The notes under the pieces are model-generated. The model made no database searches. It was given only the letters and a program-made list of their open reading frames with translations, and was not told the DNA's origin. 64,000 nt of DNA, from the NCBI GenBank assembly GCA_964252075.1, contig CAXULY010000011.1:52060-116059 (forward strand), read 5' to 3'. Source of the DNA: an uncultured Deinococcaceae bacterium (GTDB lineage Bacteria; Deinococcota; Deinococci; Deinococcales; Deinococcaceae). A program made the translations under genes and the position numbers. Of this stretch, positions 20,249-29,560 are shown piece after piece (the stretch's first letter is position 1; every line of letters begins with the position of its first letter).

Positions 20249-20293
20249 TGCATACGTATGCACCACCGTAGCCCTCGCCGCCCCGTTCGTCAA
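20249..20293 (-). promoter_or_regulatory. Leftward promoter TTGACG-N17-TACGGT with LacI-type operator TGCATACGTATGCA
   Basis: -35 at 20288-20293 and -10 at 20265-20270 (minus strand); perfect 14-bp palindrome at 20249-20262. Confidence 0.8.
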
Positions 20294-20403
20294 GCCGGAC
20301 GGTCAAGGCATGACCGGGCAGCCTTCGAGTCTGCCCTGCACCCATCCTTGAGACCCGGAGCCATCCACCTCACCTCCTGGTGCGCGCGCCTGAAGCTCAG
20401 CCC

Positions 20404-20451
20404 TTGACAAACTTCGGAACGCCCAACTAAGGTGTCTGCATACGTATGCAG
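20404..20451 (+). promoter_or_regulatory. Rightward promoter TTGACA-N18-TAAGGT with LacI-type operator CTGCATACGTATGCAG
   Basis: -35 at 20404-20409, -10 at 20428-20433; perfect 16-bp palindrome with central CG at 20436-20451. Confidence 0.8.
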
Positions 20452-20623
20452 GACAGGGGTGCGCCGCAGAGGTGGGGAATTGCCCACCTTGTCCCTCACC
20501 CCACGCCGCGACCCGCCTGAGCCCCGCATGCCCACGTCCCCCAGGCGAACACCCGTACCCCCGACCCACGTCCCGCCGGGTTCCCTTCGACTTCACGCGA
20601 TGGCGGTCTCAGGAGGATGCACC

Positions 20624-21991
20624 ATGCACACAGCAAGCACGGCAGTTCGGCAGCGGTTGGCGCTCGGTCTGGTCGCGGTCTTCGGTCTGGGGAGCGTCGC
20701 AGCCCCAGTGCACGCGCAGGGCAGCGTGCCCTACGGCCTCAAGGCCGGGAAACCCTACGCGGGCACCAAACTGAAGTTCCTGATCTGCTGCCTGGGCGCC
20801 GGGCAGTTCGCGCAGCTCTCCAAACTGACCGCGCCCGGCGGCGAGTTCGAGCAGCTCACCGGCATCACCGCCACCTGGGAGAACACCCCCTACGAGGCCC
20901 TGCAGCAGAAGGAACTGGTGGAGGCCACCACCGGCAGCACCTACGACGTCGTCGCGTGGGTGGACGCCTGGGGTGAAGCCATCAAGCCGTACCTCTCGCC
21001 CCTGAACGCCCGCATCAAGGCCGACAAGGTGAACCTCGCGGACTACCCGAAGGCCTACATCGAGGCCAGCACGGACCGCCAGGGCAACATCATCGGCATG
21101 CCCTTCCGCGGGCACCCGCTGGTGCTGTTCTACCGCAAGGACATCTTCAAGCAGCTGGGCCTCACCGTGCCGCGCACGTGGCAGGACGTCATCACCACCG
21201 CGCAGACCATCCAGCAGAAGAAGCCCGGCACCGAGGGCCTCTCCAGCATGTACAAGGTGAACGCCGGGCAGAACCTCTTCAGCTGGGTGAGCATGCTGTG
21301 GGGCAACGGCGGCGATATCCTCGACAAGACCGGCCGACCGGTCTTCAACAGCCCCAAGGGCCTGCAGGCCACGCAGACGTACATCGACATGCTGCGCAAG
21401 TACAAGGTCACGCCCGCCGCCGCCACCACCTACGGCGAACCGGAGTCCTCCACGGAGATCCTGCAGGGCCGCGCCGCGATGTGGGTGGGCTGGTGGTGGT
21501 ACTGGGCGCAGTTCGCGGACCCCAAAGCCGTCGCGCCCGCCGTGCTGAACAACGTCGGCTTCGCGCCCGCGCCCGGCTGGAAGGGCGGCACCACCCAGAA
21601 CTACGCGCTGGTGTGGCCCATCGGGATCTTCAAGAACTCCAAGAACCAGGACGCCGCCTGGGAGTTCATCAAGTACGTGTCGAACAGCGACGTGCAGAAG
21701 AAAGTCGCGAGCAACCGCAGCGACCCCGCCCTCGCGGACAACACCATCGTGACCTTCACCGGCATGAACGACGCCAAGGTGAACGCCGCGAACGGCGGCA
21801 TCCCCAAGGTGGGCGCGCAGGCCCTGCGCACCGCCCGCACGCTCCCGCAGACGCCCACCTGGGCGCAGATTCAGAGCGTGCTGGAGATCGGCATCAACAA
21901 GATGGCGACGGGCGCCGACGTGAAACCCACCCTCGACCAGATGGCGCGGGACGTGGACGCCATCCAGAAGCGCGCGGGCCTCTACAAGTAA
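20624..21991 (+). CDS. Carbohydrate (CUT1) ABC transporter substrate-binding protein
   Basis: AGGAGG RBS, signal peptide ending VHA-Q, LFYRKDIF..LGL.VPRTW, NQDAAWEFIKY. Confidence 0.9.
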   Translation: MHTASTAVRQRLALGLVAVFGLGSVAAPVHAQGSVPYGLKAGKPYAGTKLKFLICCLGAGQFAQLSKLTAPGGEFEQLTGITATWENTPYEALQQKELVEATTGSTYDVVAWVDAWGEAIKPYLSPLNARIKADKVNLADYPKAYIEASTDRQGNIIGMPFRGHPLVLFYRKDIFKQLGLTVPRTWQDVITTAQTIQQKKPGTEGLSSMYKVNAGQNLFSWVSMLWGNGGDILDKTGRPVFNSPKGLQATQTYIDMLRKYKVTPAAATTYGEPESSTEILQGRAAMWVGWWWYWAQFADPKAVAPAVLNNVGFAPAPGWKGGTTQNYALVWPIGIFKNSKNQDAAWEFIKYVSNSDVQKKVASNRSDPALADNTIVTFTGMNDAKVNAANGGIPKVGAQALRTARTLPQTPTWAQIQSVLEIGINKMATGADVKPTLDQMARDVDAIQKRAGLYK

Positions 21992-21999
21992 GGACCGGA

Positions 22000-22019
22000 C
22001 GGGGGCCGCAGGGCCCCCG
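22000..22019 (+). other. GC hairpin between binding-protein and permease genes (mRNA stability or partial termination)
   Basis: CGGGGGCC-GCAG-GGCCCCCG. Confidence 0.45.
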
Positions 22020-22122
22020 CCCGCGCGGCGCGGCGCGCGGGACGTGAAGCGCCGCCGACCGCACGCCCACACCGACCCCGCCCGCGCAGCGGGCCGGAAC
22101 TGACCTCAGGAGGTGCGTACCC

Positions 22123-23043
22123 GTGGCCCTACCTCATTCCTCTGCCGCCCCGGTGACCAAGGCACCGCGCCAGGGTGGGAAGACGCCGCTGCGCTGGACG
22201 CTGCTGCTCCCCGCCCTCCTCGTCATCGGCGCGGTCATCGTGTACCCCATGCTGGCGTCCCTCGTCACGAGCTTCCGCTCGTGGCAGCTCATCATGTCCC
22301 CCACGCCCGGGCCCTTCGTGGGCCTCGAGAACTACACGCGCGCCTTCACCGACCAGGGCTTCCTGAACAGCCTGCGCGTGAGCGGCCTGTACCTGCTGCT
22401 GTCCGTGCCGCTCTCCATCGTGCTGGGCCTCGGCATCGCGCTGATCCTCGCGAAACCCACCTGGCTGAACACCTTCACGCGCGCGCTCCTGATCTTCCCC
22501 TTCGCGGTCGCGCCCGTCCTGAAGGGCTACAGCTGGCGTTTCATGCTGAACCCCGAGTACGGCGTGTACGCGAACATGGTGGGCGGCGTAATCCCGCCGC
22601 TGAAAGGCTACCTGTGGCTCGGGCATGACTTCAGCGCCCTCCTGGTCATCGCGTTCTCCGAGGTGTGGGGCTGGGCGCCCCTGTTCGCCCTGATGTTCAT
22701 CGGCGCGCTCGGCAGCATCCCCGGTGAGACAACCGAGGCGGCGCGCGTGGACGGCGCGAGCAACATGCAGATCTTCTGGCGCATCACCCTGCCGCTCCTC
22801 GCGCCCGTCATCTACATCGTGGCGCTCCTGAAGATCATCTCGGCCTTCAAGATGTTCGACCAGGTCGCCATCATGACCGGCGGCGGCCCCGGCGACAGCA
22901 CCCAGACCCTGTACTACTTCGTGTACCAGGTGGCCTTCCGGAACCTCGACATGGGGTACGCGTCCGCCGTGTCGTACATCCTCGTGATCCTGATGGGCGT
23001 CCTGGCGTACCTGTACGTGCGCACCCTCATGCGGAGGGCCTGA
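22123..23043 (+). CDS. Carbohydrate ABC permease (MalF-like)
   Basis: FVGLENY, EAARVDGAS EAA motif, MTGGGPG. Confidence 0.92.
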   Translation: MALPHSSAAPVTKAPRQGGKTPLRWTLLLPALLVIGAVIVYPMLASLVTSFRSWQLIMSPTPGPFVGLENYTRAFTDQGFLNSLRVSGLYLLLSVPLSIVLGLGIALILAKPTWLNTFTRALLIFPFAVAPVLKGYSWRFMLNPEYGVYANMVGGVIPPLKGYLWLGHDFSALLVIAFSEVWGWAPLFALMFIGALGSIPGETTEAARVDGASNMQIFWRITLPLLAPVIYIVALLKIISAFKMFDQVAIMTGGGPGDSTQTLYYFVYQVAFRNLDMGYASAVSYILVILMGVLAYLYVRTLMRRA

Positions 23044-23045
23044 CC

Positions 23046-23918
23046 GTGCAGCGCGAAGTGAGCCTCCCGTACGCCGCGCCGCGCGCCCGCACGCGCGGCC
23101 TCACCCGCCGCCGCCTCGGGATGAGCCTGGAGGTGCTCGCCACGCTGGCGGTCATCTTCTTCGTGGCGTTCCCCATCGTGTGGATCGCCCTAGCGAGCCT
23201 CAAGCACCAGGTGGACGTGTACTCCACGCGGCTGTTCTTCCAGCCGACCCTCGACAACTACCGCGCGATCTTCGCGGAACCCACCCTGCTGGGCGGCAAG
23301 ATCTGGGTGAGCGCCCTCGTGAGCTTCCTGACGGTCGCCATCACGGTGCCGCTCGGCGCGGCCGCCGCGTACGTGCTGTCCCGCCACACCTTCCGCGGGC
23401 GCGAGACGCTGTTCCTCGCGATTCTCGTCACGCAGTTCGTGCCGGCCGTGGTGGTCGCCATCCCGTTCTTCACGCTGTTCCGCACCTTGAACCTCATCGA
23501 CACGCCCATCGCGCTGGTCATCGTGTACCTGTCCTTCACGCTGCCGTACGCCATCTGGATGCTGCGCGGCTTCTTCGACGCGCTGCCCGTGGAGGTGGAG
23601 GAGGCGTCCTTCATTGACGGCTGCAACGAACTGCAGACGCTGCGGCACGTCACCATCCCGCTCGTCATGCCGGGCATCCTGGTGAGCGCGGTGTTCGCGT
23701 TCATCTCCGCCTGGAACGAGTTCTTCTTCGCGCTGATCCTGACGCGCACGCAGAGCCTCACCCTGCCTGTCGGCATGATGTCCATATCCGGCCCGCGCGG
23801 CCCCGAATGGGAGCAGCTCGCGGCGGCCGGCATGATCGTGATGGTGCCGATCCTGGTGATGTCGCTGTTCATCCGCCGGTACTTCGTGGAGGGCATCACC
23901 GTGGGGGCCGTGAAGTGA
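23046..23918 (+). CDS. Carbohydrate ABC permease (MalG-like)
   Basis: PTLDNY, EEASFIDG, AWNEFFFAL, EGITVGAVK. Confidence 0.92.
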   Translation: MQREVSLPYAAPRARTRGLTRRRLGMSLEVLATLAVIFFVAFPIVWIALASLKHQVDVYSTRLFFQPTLDNYRAIFAEPTLLGGKIWVSALVSFLTVAITVPLGAAAAYVLSRHTFRGRETLFLAILVTQFVPAVVVAIPFFTLFRTLNLIDTPIALVIVYLSFTLPYAIWMLRGFFDALPVEVEEASFIDGCNELQTLRHVTIPLVMPGILVSAVFAFISAWNEFFFALILTRTQSLTLPVGMMSISGPRGPEWEQLAAAGMIVMVPILVMSLFIRRYFVEGITVGAVK

Positions 23919-24090
23919 GCGCCCTTCCGGCGCGGGGGCGCGCGTGAGCGCCCCGAAACGCGCCCGCCGCAAGGGGCCGCCCGGCGAGGCGGACCCGCCC
24001 CTCAAGCCGCGCCAGCCGCGCGCCAAGGCGCCCGCGCTGGCCCTCGAACGGCCCGGCGACCCCGCCACCACCCAACCCGAGAGGACGCCC

Positions 24091-25167
24091 GTGACCCACA
24101 CCGAACCCGCGCTGCCCGTCTTCGACTTCGCGAACCACCCGGACTACGCGGACTTCGCGCGCGCCGCGAGCACCGGGCGCCGCCAGCCACTCGCGGGTTT
24201 CGACGAGGACTACACCGACATCGTGGATTACATCGTGCGCTGCACGCACAAGATCTGGGAGGAGAAAGGCATCGGCCTGATCTACACCCATTACGCGCAC
24301 AACGCGCTGGTGCATTACTCCAGCGGCATCATGTACGGGCGCGAGGGCATGGTGGTGAACACCATTCAGCGGCAGGCGGCGTACGCCGCGCGGCACGCCT
24401 ACGCCGACGACGTGATCTGGAGCGGCAACGACCGGGACGGGTATTACAGCTCGCACCGGGTGTCGAGCGTCGGCGTGAACACCGGGTACACCGAGTACGG
24501 GCCGCCCACGGGCCGCCGGGTGCAGCGCTGGGGGTTCGCGGACTGCTTCATCGTGCAGAACAAGATCGTGGAGGAGTGGCTGATGGGGGACGCCATCGCG
24601 GAACTCCGCCAGATGGGGTACGACCCGGCGGCGCTCGCGCGGCGGTCGGTGCTGCCGGTGTCGCCGCACACGCACGGCGAGATTGACCGCCTGCCGAGCG
24701 GGCAGCAGGCGCCGGAGTTCCTTGACGTGCCACGTGCAGAGGACGACCCGCAGGGCTTCGTGCGCGCCATCCTCCTGAACCTCTGGAACGCGAGACTGAT
24801 CAACATGGTGCGCGCACATTACGCGCCGGGGCACGTCGCGTTCACCACCGATGCCCGCAAGCTGTACGGGCACGGGGACTACGAGAACTTCGTGATCACC
24901 TTGATGGCGTGCTTCCCGGACCTGGCGCTGACGGTGGACCACCAGTGCATGCTGGGGGACGCCACGCGCGGGTACCGGGTGGCGACGCGCTTCACCCTGC
25001 AGGGCACCCACGAGGGCTACGGCCCCTACGGGCCCCCCACCGGGCGGCGCATCTTCCTGATTGGCGCGTCGCACCACATCATTCGCGGCGGGCAGATCGT
25101 GCAGGAGTGGACCCTGTACGACGAGTTCGCGCTGCTCAAGCAACTGTACGCACAGGTTGGGTCCTGA
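24091..25167 (+). CDS. Double-domain SnoaL/NTF2-like ester cyclase family protein, paralogue 1
   Basis: Two SnoaL-like halves (PPTGRR..IVEEW; FPDL..GTHEG..PTGRR..IVQEW); GAGG RBS before GTG 24091. Confidence 0.82.
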   Translation: MTHTEPALPVFDFANHPDYADFARAASTGRRQPLAGFDEDYTDIVDYIVRCTHKIWEEKGIGLIYTHYAHNALVHYSSGIMYGREGMVVNTIQRQAAYAARHAYADDVIWSGNDRDGYYSSHRVSSVGVNTGYTEYGPPTGRRVQRWGFADCFIVQNKIVEEWLMGDAIAELRQMGYDPAALARRSVLPVSPHTHGEIDRLPSGQQAPEFLDVPRAEDDPQGFVRAILLNLWNARLINMVRAHYAPGHVAFTTDARKLYGHGDYENFVITLMACFPDLALTVDHQCMLGDATRGYRVATRFTLQGTHEGYGPYGPPTGRRIFLIGASHHIIRGGQIVQEWTLYDEFALLKQLYAQVGS

Positions 25168-26142
25168 GGAGGCACCTGAATGACGACCAATGAGGCCCCC
25201 GCGCTGCCCGTCTTCGACTTCGCGGACCGACCCGACTACGCGGACTTCGTGCGCGCCGCGAGCACCGGGCGCCGCCAGCCGCTCGCGGGCTTCGACGAGG
25301 ACTACACCGACATCGTGGATTACATCGTGCGCTGCACGCACAAGATCTGGGAGGAGAAGGCCATCGGCCTGATTTACACCCATTACGCGCACAACGCCAT
25401 CGTGCACACGCCGGGCGGCACGGTGTACGGGCGCGAGGCGGTGGTGCGCAACACCGTGCAGAACCAGGCGATCTGGGGGGACCTGCGCGCGTACGCCGAC
25501 GACGTCATCTGGGGCGGGAACGACGACGAGGGGTACTACAGCTCGCACCGCCACGTGAACACCGCCACGCACACCGGGTTCACGGACTTCAGCGCGCCCA
25601 CGGGCCGCAAGATCCTGTACTGGGGCATCGCGGACTGCCTGATTCGCCGCAACCTCATCGTGGAGGAGTGGCTCACGCACGACGGCGTGACCATCGTGCG
25701 GCAGATGGGGCACGACCCCGTGGCGCTCGCGCGGCGGTCGGTGCTGCCCGCGTCGCCGCACACGCACGGGGAGATTGACCGCCTGCCGAGCGGGCAGCAG
25801 GCACCGGAGTTCCACGAGGTGCCGCGCGCGGAGGATGACCCGCAGGGCTTCGTGCGCGCCGTCCTCCTGAACCTCTGGAACGCCCGACTCGTGAACATGG
25901 TCCGCGCGCACTACGCGCCGAACGTGGTGGCCTTCGTGCCGGACGCCCGCAAGCTGTACGGGCACGGGGACTACGAGAACTTCGTGATCACGCTGATGGC
26001 GTGCTTTCCGGACCTCGCACTCACGGTGGATCACCAGTGCGTGCTGGGGGACGCCACGCGCGGGTACCGGGTGGCGACGCGCTTCACGCTGCAGGGCACG
26101 CACGAGGGGTACGGCCCCTACGGGCCCCCCACCGGGCGGCGC
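24106..26142 (+). repeat. Long imperfect direct repeats shared by ester cyclase paralogues 1 and 2 (offset 1092 bp)
   Basis: About 24106-24305 matches 25198-25397 and about 24630-25050 matches 25722-26142, with few substitutions (boundaries approximate). Confidence 0.85.
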
Positions 26143-26298
26143 GTCACCATGATCGCGATCAGCCACCACGAGCTGCGCGGCGGGCGCGTCGCGCGGGAGT
26201 GGACGGTCTTCAACGAGTTCGAGCTGCTCAAGCAGCTGCTCGGGCGCGCGGGCGGGGCGGGGGTGAACGCCGCGGATGTCCTCGACACCGGACCCTGA
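25180..26298 (+). CDS. Double-domain SnoaL/NTF2-like ester cyclase family protein, paralogue 2
   Basis: Same architecture; GAGGAGG RBS; long stretches near-identical to paralogue 1. Confidence 0.82.
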   Translation: MTTNEAPALPVFDFADRPDYADFVRAASTGRRQPLAGFDEDYTDIVDYIVRCTHKIWEEKAIGLIYTHYAHNAIVHTPGGTVYGREAVVRNTVQNQAIWGDLRAYADDVIWGGNDDEGYYSSHRHVNTATHTGFTDFSAPTGRKILYWGIADCLIRRNLIVEEWLTHDGVTIVRQMGHDPVALARRSVLPASPHTHGEIDRLPSGQQAPEFHEVPRAEDDPQGFVRAVLLNLWNARLVNMVRAHYAPNVVAFVPDARKLYGHGDYENFVITLMACFPDLALTVDHQCVLGDATRGYRVATRFTLQGTHEGYGPYGPPTGRRVTMIAISHHELRGGRVAREWTVFNEFELLKQLLGRAGGAGVNAADVLDTGP

Positions 26299-27355
26299 GC
26301 GCGCCGCCATTCAGCTGGACCGCCGCGACATCGGGACCTTCGCGGCGGGCGGCGAGCGCCGCCAGGGCCTCGCGGGATTCGAGCCGCACTACACCGACAT
26401 CGTGGATTACATCATCCGCTGCACGCACCGCATCTGGGAGGACAAGGCCATCGGCCTGATCTACACGCACTACGCGCACAACACGCCCGTGCACCTCACG
26501 GACGCCGAGCATTACGGGCGCGACCAGGTCGTGGAGAACACCGTGCAGACCCTCGCGATGTTCCCGGACCTGCGCCTCTTCGGCGACGAGGTCATCTGGA
26601 ACGGCAACGACGAGGACGGCTTCCACAGCTCGCACCGCGTGACGTGGGTGGGGCACCACACCGGGCACGGCCTGTACGGGGCGCCCACCGGCGCGCGCGT
26701 GCAGCGCCGCGAGATCGCGCACTGCGTGGTGCGGCACAACCGCATCGTGGAGGAGTGGGTGGTGCACGACGAGACCGCCCTGATCCGCCAGCTGGGCCTG
26801 GACGAGGTGGAGCTCGCGCGCGCCTTCGCGCAGGCGGAAGCGGCGCGCGGCGTGCGGCCCTACGCGGACGCCGGCGGCGAGGTGCCGCGCCGGCGCGGGC
26901 AGCTGCACCCGCCCATCACGCTGGACGGCGACCCGCGCGACCCGGACGTCCTGCCGCACCTGCTGTTCGGCCTGATCTGGAACGCCCGCATGCTGAACTA
27001 CATCGGCGAGTACTACGCCGAGGGCGCCACCGTGTGCGCGCCCGGAAACCGCCGCCTCAGCGGCCACGGGGACCTCACCGCGTACCTGCTGGGCCTCCTC
27101 GCCGCCTTCCCGGACGCCGCCATCACCGTGGACCACGTGAACTGGGTGGGGGCCGACGACGCGGGCTTCAAGGTCGCGGCCCGCTGGACCCTGCAGGGCA
27201 CGCACACCGGCGCGGGCGTGTACGGCCCGCCCAGCGGGCGGCGCGCGCGCGTGATCGGCATCAGTCACTTCGAGGTGCAGGGCGGGCGCATCCAGCGCGA
27301 GTACATGGTGTGGGACGAGTTCGCCCTGCTGAAGCAGATTCACTGGCCGGCGTGA
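26276..27355 (+). CDS. Double-domain SnoaL/NTF2-like ester cyclase family protein, paralogue 3
   Basis: YTDIVDYIIRCTHRIWE shared N-motif, MFPDL..SSHR..IVEEW, AFPDA..GTHTG..PSGRR. Confidence 0.82.
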   Translation: MSSTPDPERAAIQLDRRDIGTFAAGGERRQGLAGFEPHYTDIVDYIIRCTHRIWEDKAIGLIYTHYAHNTPVHLTDAEHYGRDQVVENTVQTLAMFPDLRLFGDEVIWNGNDEDGFHSSHRVTWVGHHTGHGLYGAPTGARVQRREIAHCVVRHNRIVEEWVVHDETALIRQLGLDEVELARAFAQAEAARGVRPYADAGGEVPRRRGQLHPPITLDGDPRDPDVLPHLLFGLIWNARMLNYIGEYYAEGATVCAPGNRRLSGHGDLTAYLLGLLAAFPDAAITVDHVNWVGADDAGFKVAARWTLQGTHTGAGVYGPPSGRRARVIGISHFEVQGGRIQREYMVWDEFALLKQIHWPA

Positions 27356-27389
27356 AGCCCGCACGCCGCCCCCCCCGAAAGGACCCTGA

Positions 27390-28661
27390 ATGGAATACCT
27401 GAAGCAGGCCGCCCCGCAACCCCCCTCCGTGAATCAGGAGGTGCGCGACACCGTGTCGCGCATCATCTCCGACGTGGAGCGTGAGGGCCTGGACGCCGTG
27501 CGCCGCTACAGCGAGCGCTTCGACGGCTGGAACCCCCCGAGCTTCCGCCTCACGGACGCCGAGATCCGGCAGATCACCGCCGAGGTGGAGGACCGCGTCT
27601 CGAGCGCCATCGACTTCAGCCTCACGCAGGTGCGGCACTTCGCGGCCCTGCAGCGGCGCACCCTGGTGGACTTCGAAGCGGAGACCCTGCCGGGCGTCAC
27701 GATCGGGCAGCGGCAGATCCCCGTGAACGCCGTGGGCGCCTACATCCCCGGCGGGCGTTACCCCATCACCGCGGCGCCCGCCATGACCATCGCCGTGCCG
27801 AAAGCGGCGGGCGTGCCGCGCGTCGTGGCGTGCGCGCCCGTGCAGCGCGGCACCGGGCGCATCAACCCGTACCAGCTGTACGGCATCGTGCAGAGCGGCG
27901 CGGACGAGGTTTACACCATCGGCGGCGCGCAGGCGATGGCCGCCATGGCCTTCGGCCTGGACGGCGCGCCCCCCCTGGACGCCGTGGACATGATCGTGGG
28001 CGCCGGGAACGCCTACGTCGCGGAGGCGAAACGCCAGCTGTTCGGCGTGGTGGGCATCGACCTCCTCGCGGGCCCCACCGAGATCTGCATCCTCGCGGAC
28101 GACAGCGCCGACCCGGAATTCGTGGCGGCGGACCTGCTCGCGCAGGCCGAGCACGGCACGAACTCGCAGAGCGTGCTGATCACCACCTCCCGCGCGCTCG
28201 GCGAGGCGGTCCTGCAGGAAATCCAGCGGCAGCTCGCCGCGCTCCCCACCGCGGACGCCGCCGGGACGTCCTGGCGTGACCTCGGGGAGGTCATCCTCGT
28301 CGCGGACGACGACGAGATGCTGCGCGTGTCGGACCAGGTGGCGAGCGAGCACCTGGAGGTGCAGACGCGCGACCCAGACTGGTTCCTCGCGCGCCTCACG
28401 AACTACGGCTCGCTGTTCCTCGGGCACAACGCGACCGTCGCGTACGGCGACAAGGGCATCGGCACGAACCACGTGCTCCCCACCAGCCGCGCGGCGCGTT
28501 ACACGGGCGGCCTGTGGGTCGGGAAGTTCATCAAGACCGTCACGTGGCAGCGCGTGGCGGACACCGCGAACCACACGGTCGCGCCGTCCTTCATCACCAT
28601 GGCGGACACCGAGGGCATGACCGGCCACGCGGACTCCATGCGCCTGCGCATCCGGAGCTGA
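27390..28661 (+). CDS. Histidinol dehydrogenase-fold Zn/NAD dehydrogenase, HpsN-like paralogue 2
   Basis: [48 protein letters not shown]. Confidence 0.88.
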   Translation: MEYLKQAAPQPPSVNQEVRDTVSRIISDVEREGLDAVRRYSERFDGWNPPSFRLTDAEIRQITAEVEDRVSSAIDFSLTQVRHFAALQRRTLVDFEAETLPGVTIGQRQIPVNAVGAYIPGGRYPITAAPAMTIAVPKAAGVPRVVACAPVQRGTGRINPYQLYGIVQSGADEVYTIGGAQAMAAMAFGLDGAPPLDAVDMIVGAGNAYVAEAKRQLFGVVGIDLLAGPTEICILADDSADPEFVAADLLAQAEHGTNSQSVLITTSRALGEAVLQEIQRQLAALPTADAAGTSWRDLGEVILVADDDEMLRVSDQVASEHLEVQTRDPDWFLARLTNYGSLFLGHNATVAYGDKGIGTNHVLPTSRAARYTGGLWVGKFIKTVTWQRVADTANHTVAPSFITMADTEGMTGHADSMRLRIRS

Positions 28662-28666
28662 CGCGC

Positions 28667-29560
28667 GTGGACCGCACGCTGCCGATCGCCGTGGTGCAGG
28701 CCGCCCCGGAAGCGGCCGGGGCGCCCGGCGCCCTCGCTGCGCACGCGCAGCACCTCACGAGGAACTTCCCGCAGGCGCGGATGCTGGTGTACCCCGAGCT
28801 GCACCTGTTCGCGCACGAGGGCGCCGCGGACCGCGCGTGGCTGATGGACCGCGCTGAGCCGCTCGGCGGGCCGCGCGTGCGGGCCCTCGCGACCCTCGCG
28901 GGCGACCTCGGCGTGTGGCTGGTGCCGGGCACCGTCTACGAGCGCGGTCCCGAAGGGCAACTGTTCAACACCGCCGTGGTGTTCACGCCCGAAGGGCAGC
29001 TCGCTGCGCACTACCGCAAGGTCTTCCCATGGCGGCCCCACGAGCCCTTCGACCCCGGCGACCGCTTCGTGACCTTCGACATGCCCGGCGTGGGCCGCGC
29101 GGGCCTCTCCATCTGCTATGACGCGTGGTTCCCGGAGGTGACGCGCCACCTCGCGTGGATGGGCGCCGAGGTCGTGCTGAACCTCGTGCGGACCACCACC
29201 TGCGACCGCGCGCAGGAAGTCGTGCTGGCGCGCGCGAACGCCATCACGAACCAAATCTTCATGGTGAGCGTGAACTGCGCGGGCCCCACCGGGACAGGCC
29301 AGAGCGTCATCGTGGACCCCGAAGGGCTGGTGCGCGCCGCCGCCACCGGGTCCGACGCGACGGTCCTCACGGACGTGCTGGACCTGCACCATGTCACGCG
29401 CGTCCGCACGTACGGCACCGCCGGACTGACCCACATGTGGCGCCAGTTCCAACCCGGCGACGCGCCGCTGCCCCTGCCGCTGTACCAGGGCCGGATCGAT
29501 CCAGACCGCTGGGAACCCCCCGCATGGGCGGACCAGGACGCCACACCGAAACCACGTTGA
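28667..29560 (+). CDS. Carbon-nitrogen hydrolase (nitrilase/amidase superfamily)
   Basis: Catalytic triad E (YPEL), K (YRKVFPW), C (ICYDAWFPE); GTG start at 28667. Confidence 0.9.
   Translation: MDRTLPIAVVQAAPEAAGAPGALAAHAQHLTRNFPQARMLVYPELHLFAHEGAADRAWLMDRAEPLGGPRVRALATLAGDLGVWLVPGTVYERGPEGQLFNTAVVFTPEGQLAAHYRKVFPWRPHEPFDPGDRFVTFDMPGVGRAGLSICYDAWFPEVTRHLAWMGAEVVLNLVRTTTCDRAQEVVLARANAITNQIFMVSVNCAGPTGTGQSVIVDPEGLVRAAATGSDATVLTDVLDLHHVTRVRTYGTAGLTHMWRQFQPGDAPLPLPLYQGRIDPDRWEPPAWADQDATPKPR

Noticed and set aside
24106..26142. Long direct repeats as mobile-element ends or a CRISPR/DGR-type template-variable pair
   Set aside because: Both copies are in-frame parts of intact paralogous genes. 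No transposase, cas or reverse transcriptase is in the window, and the differences are not adenine-specific.
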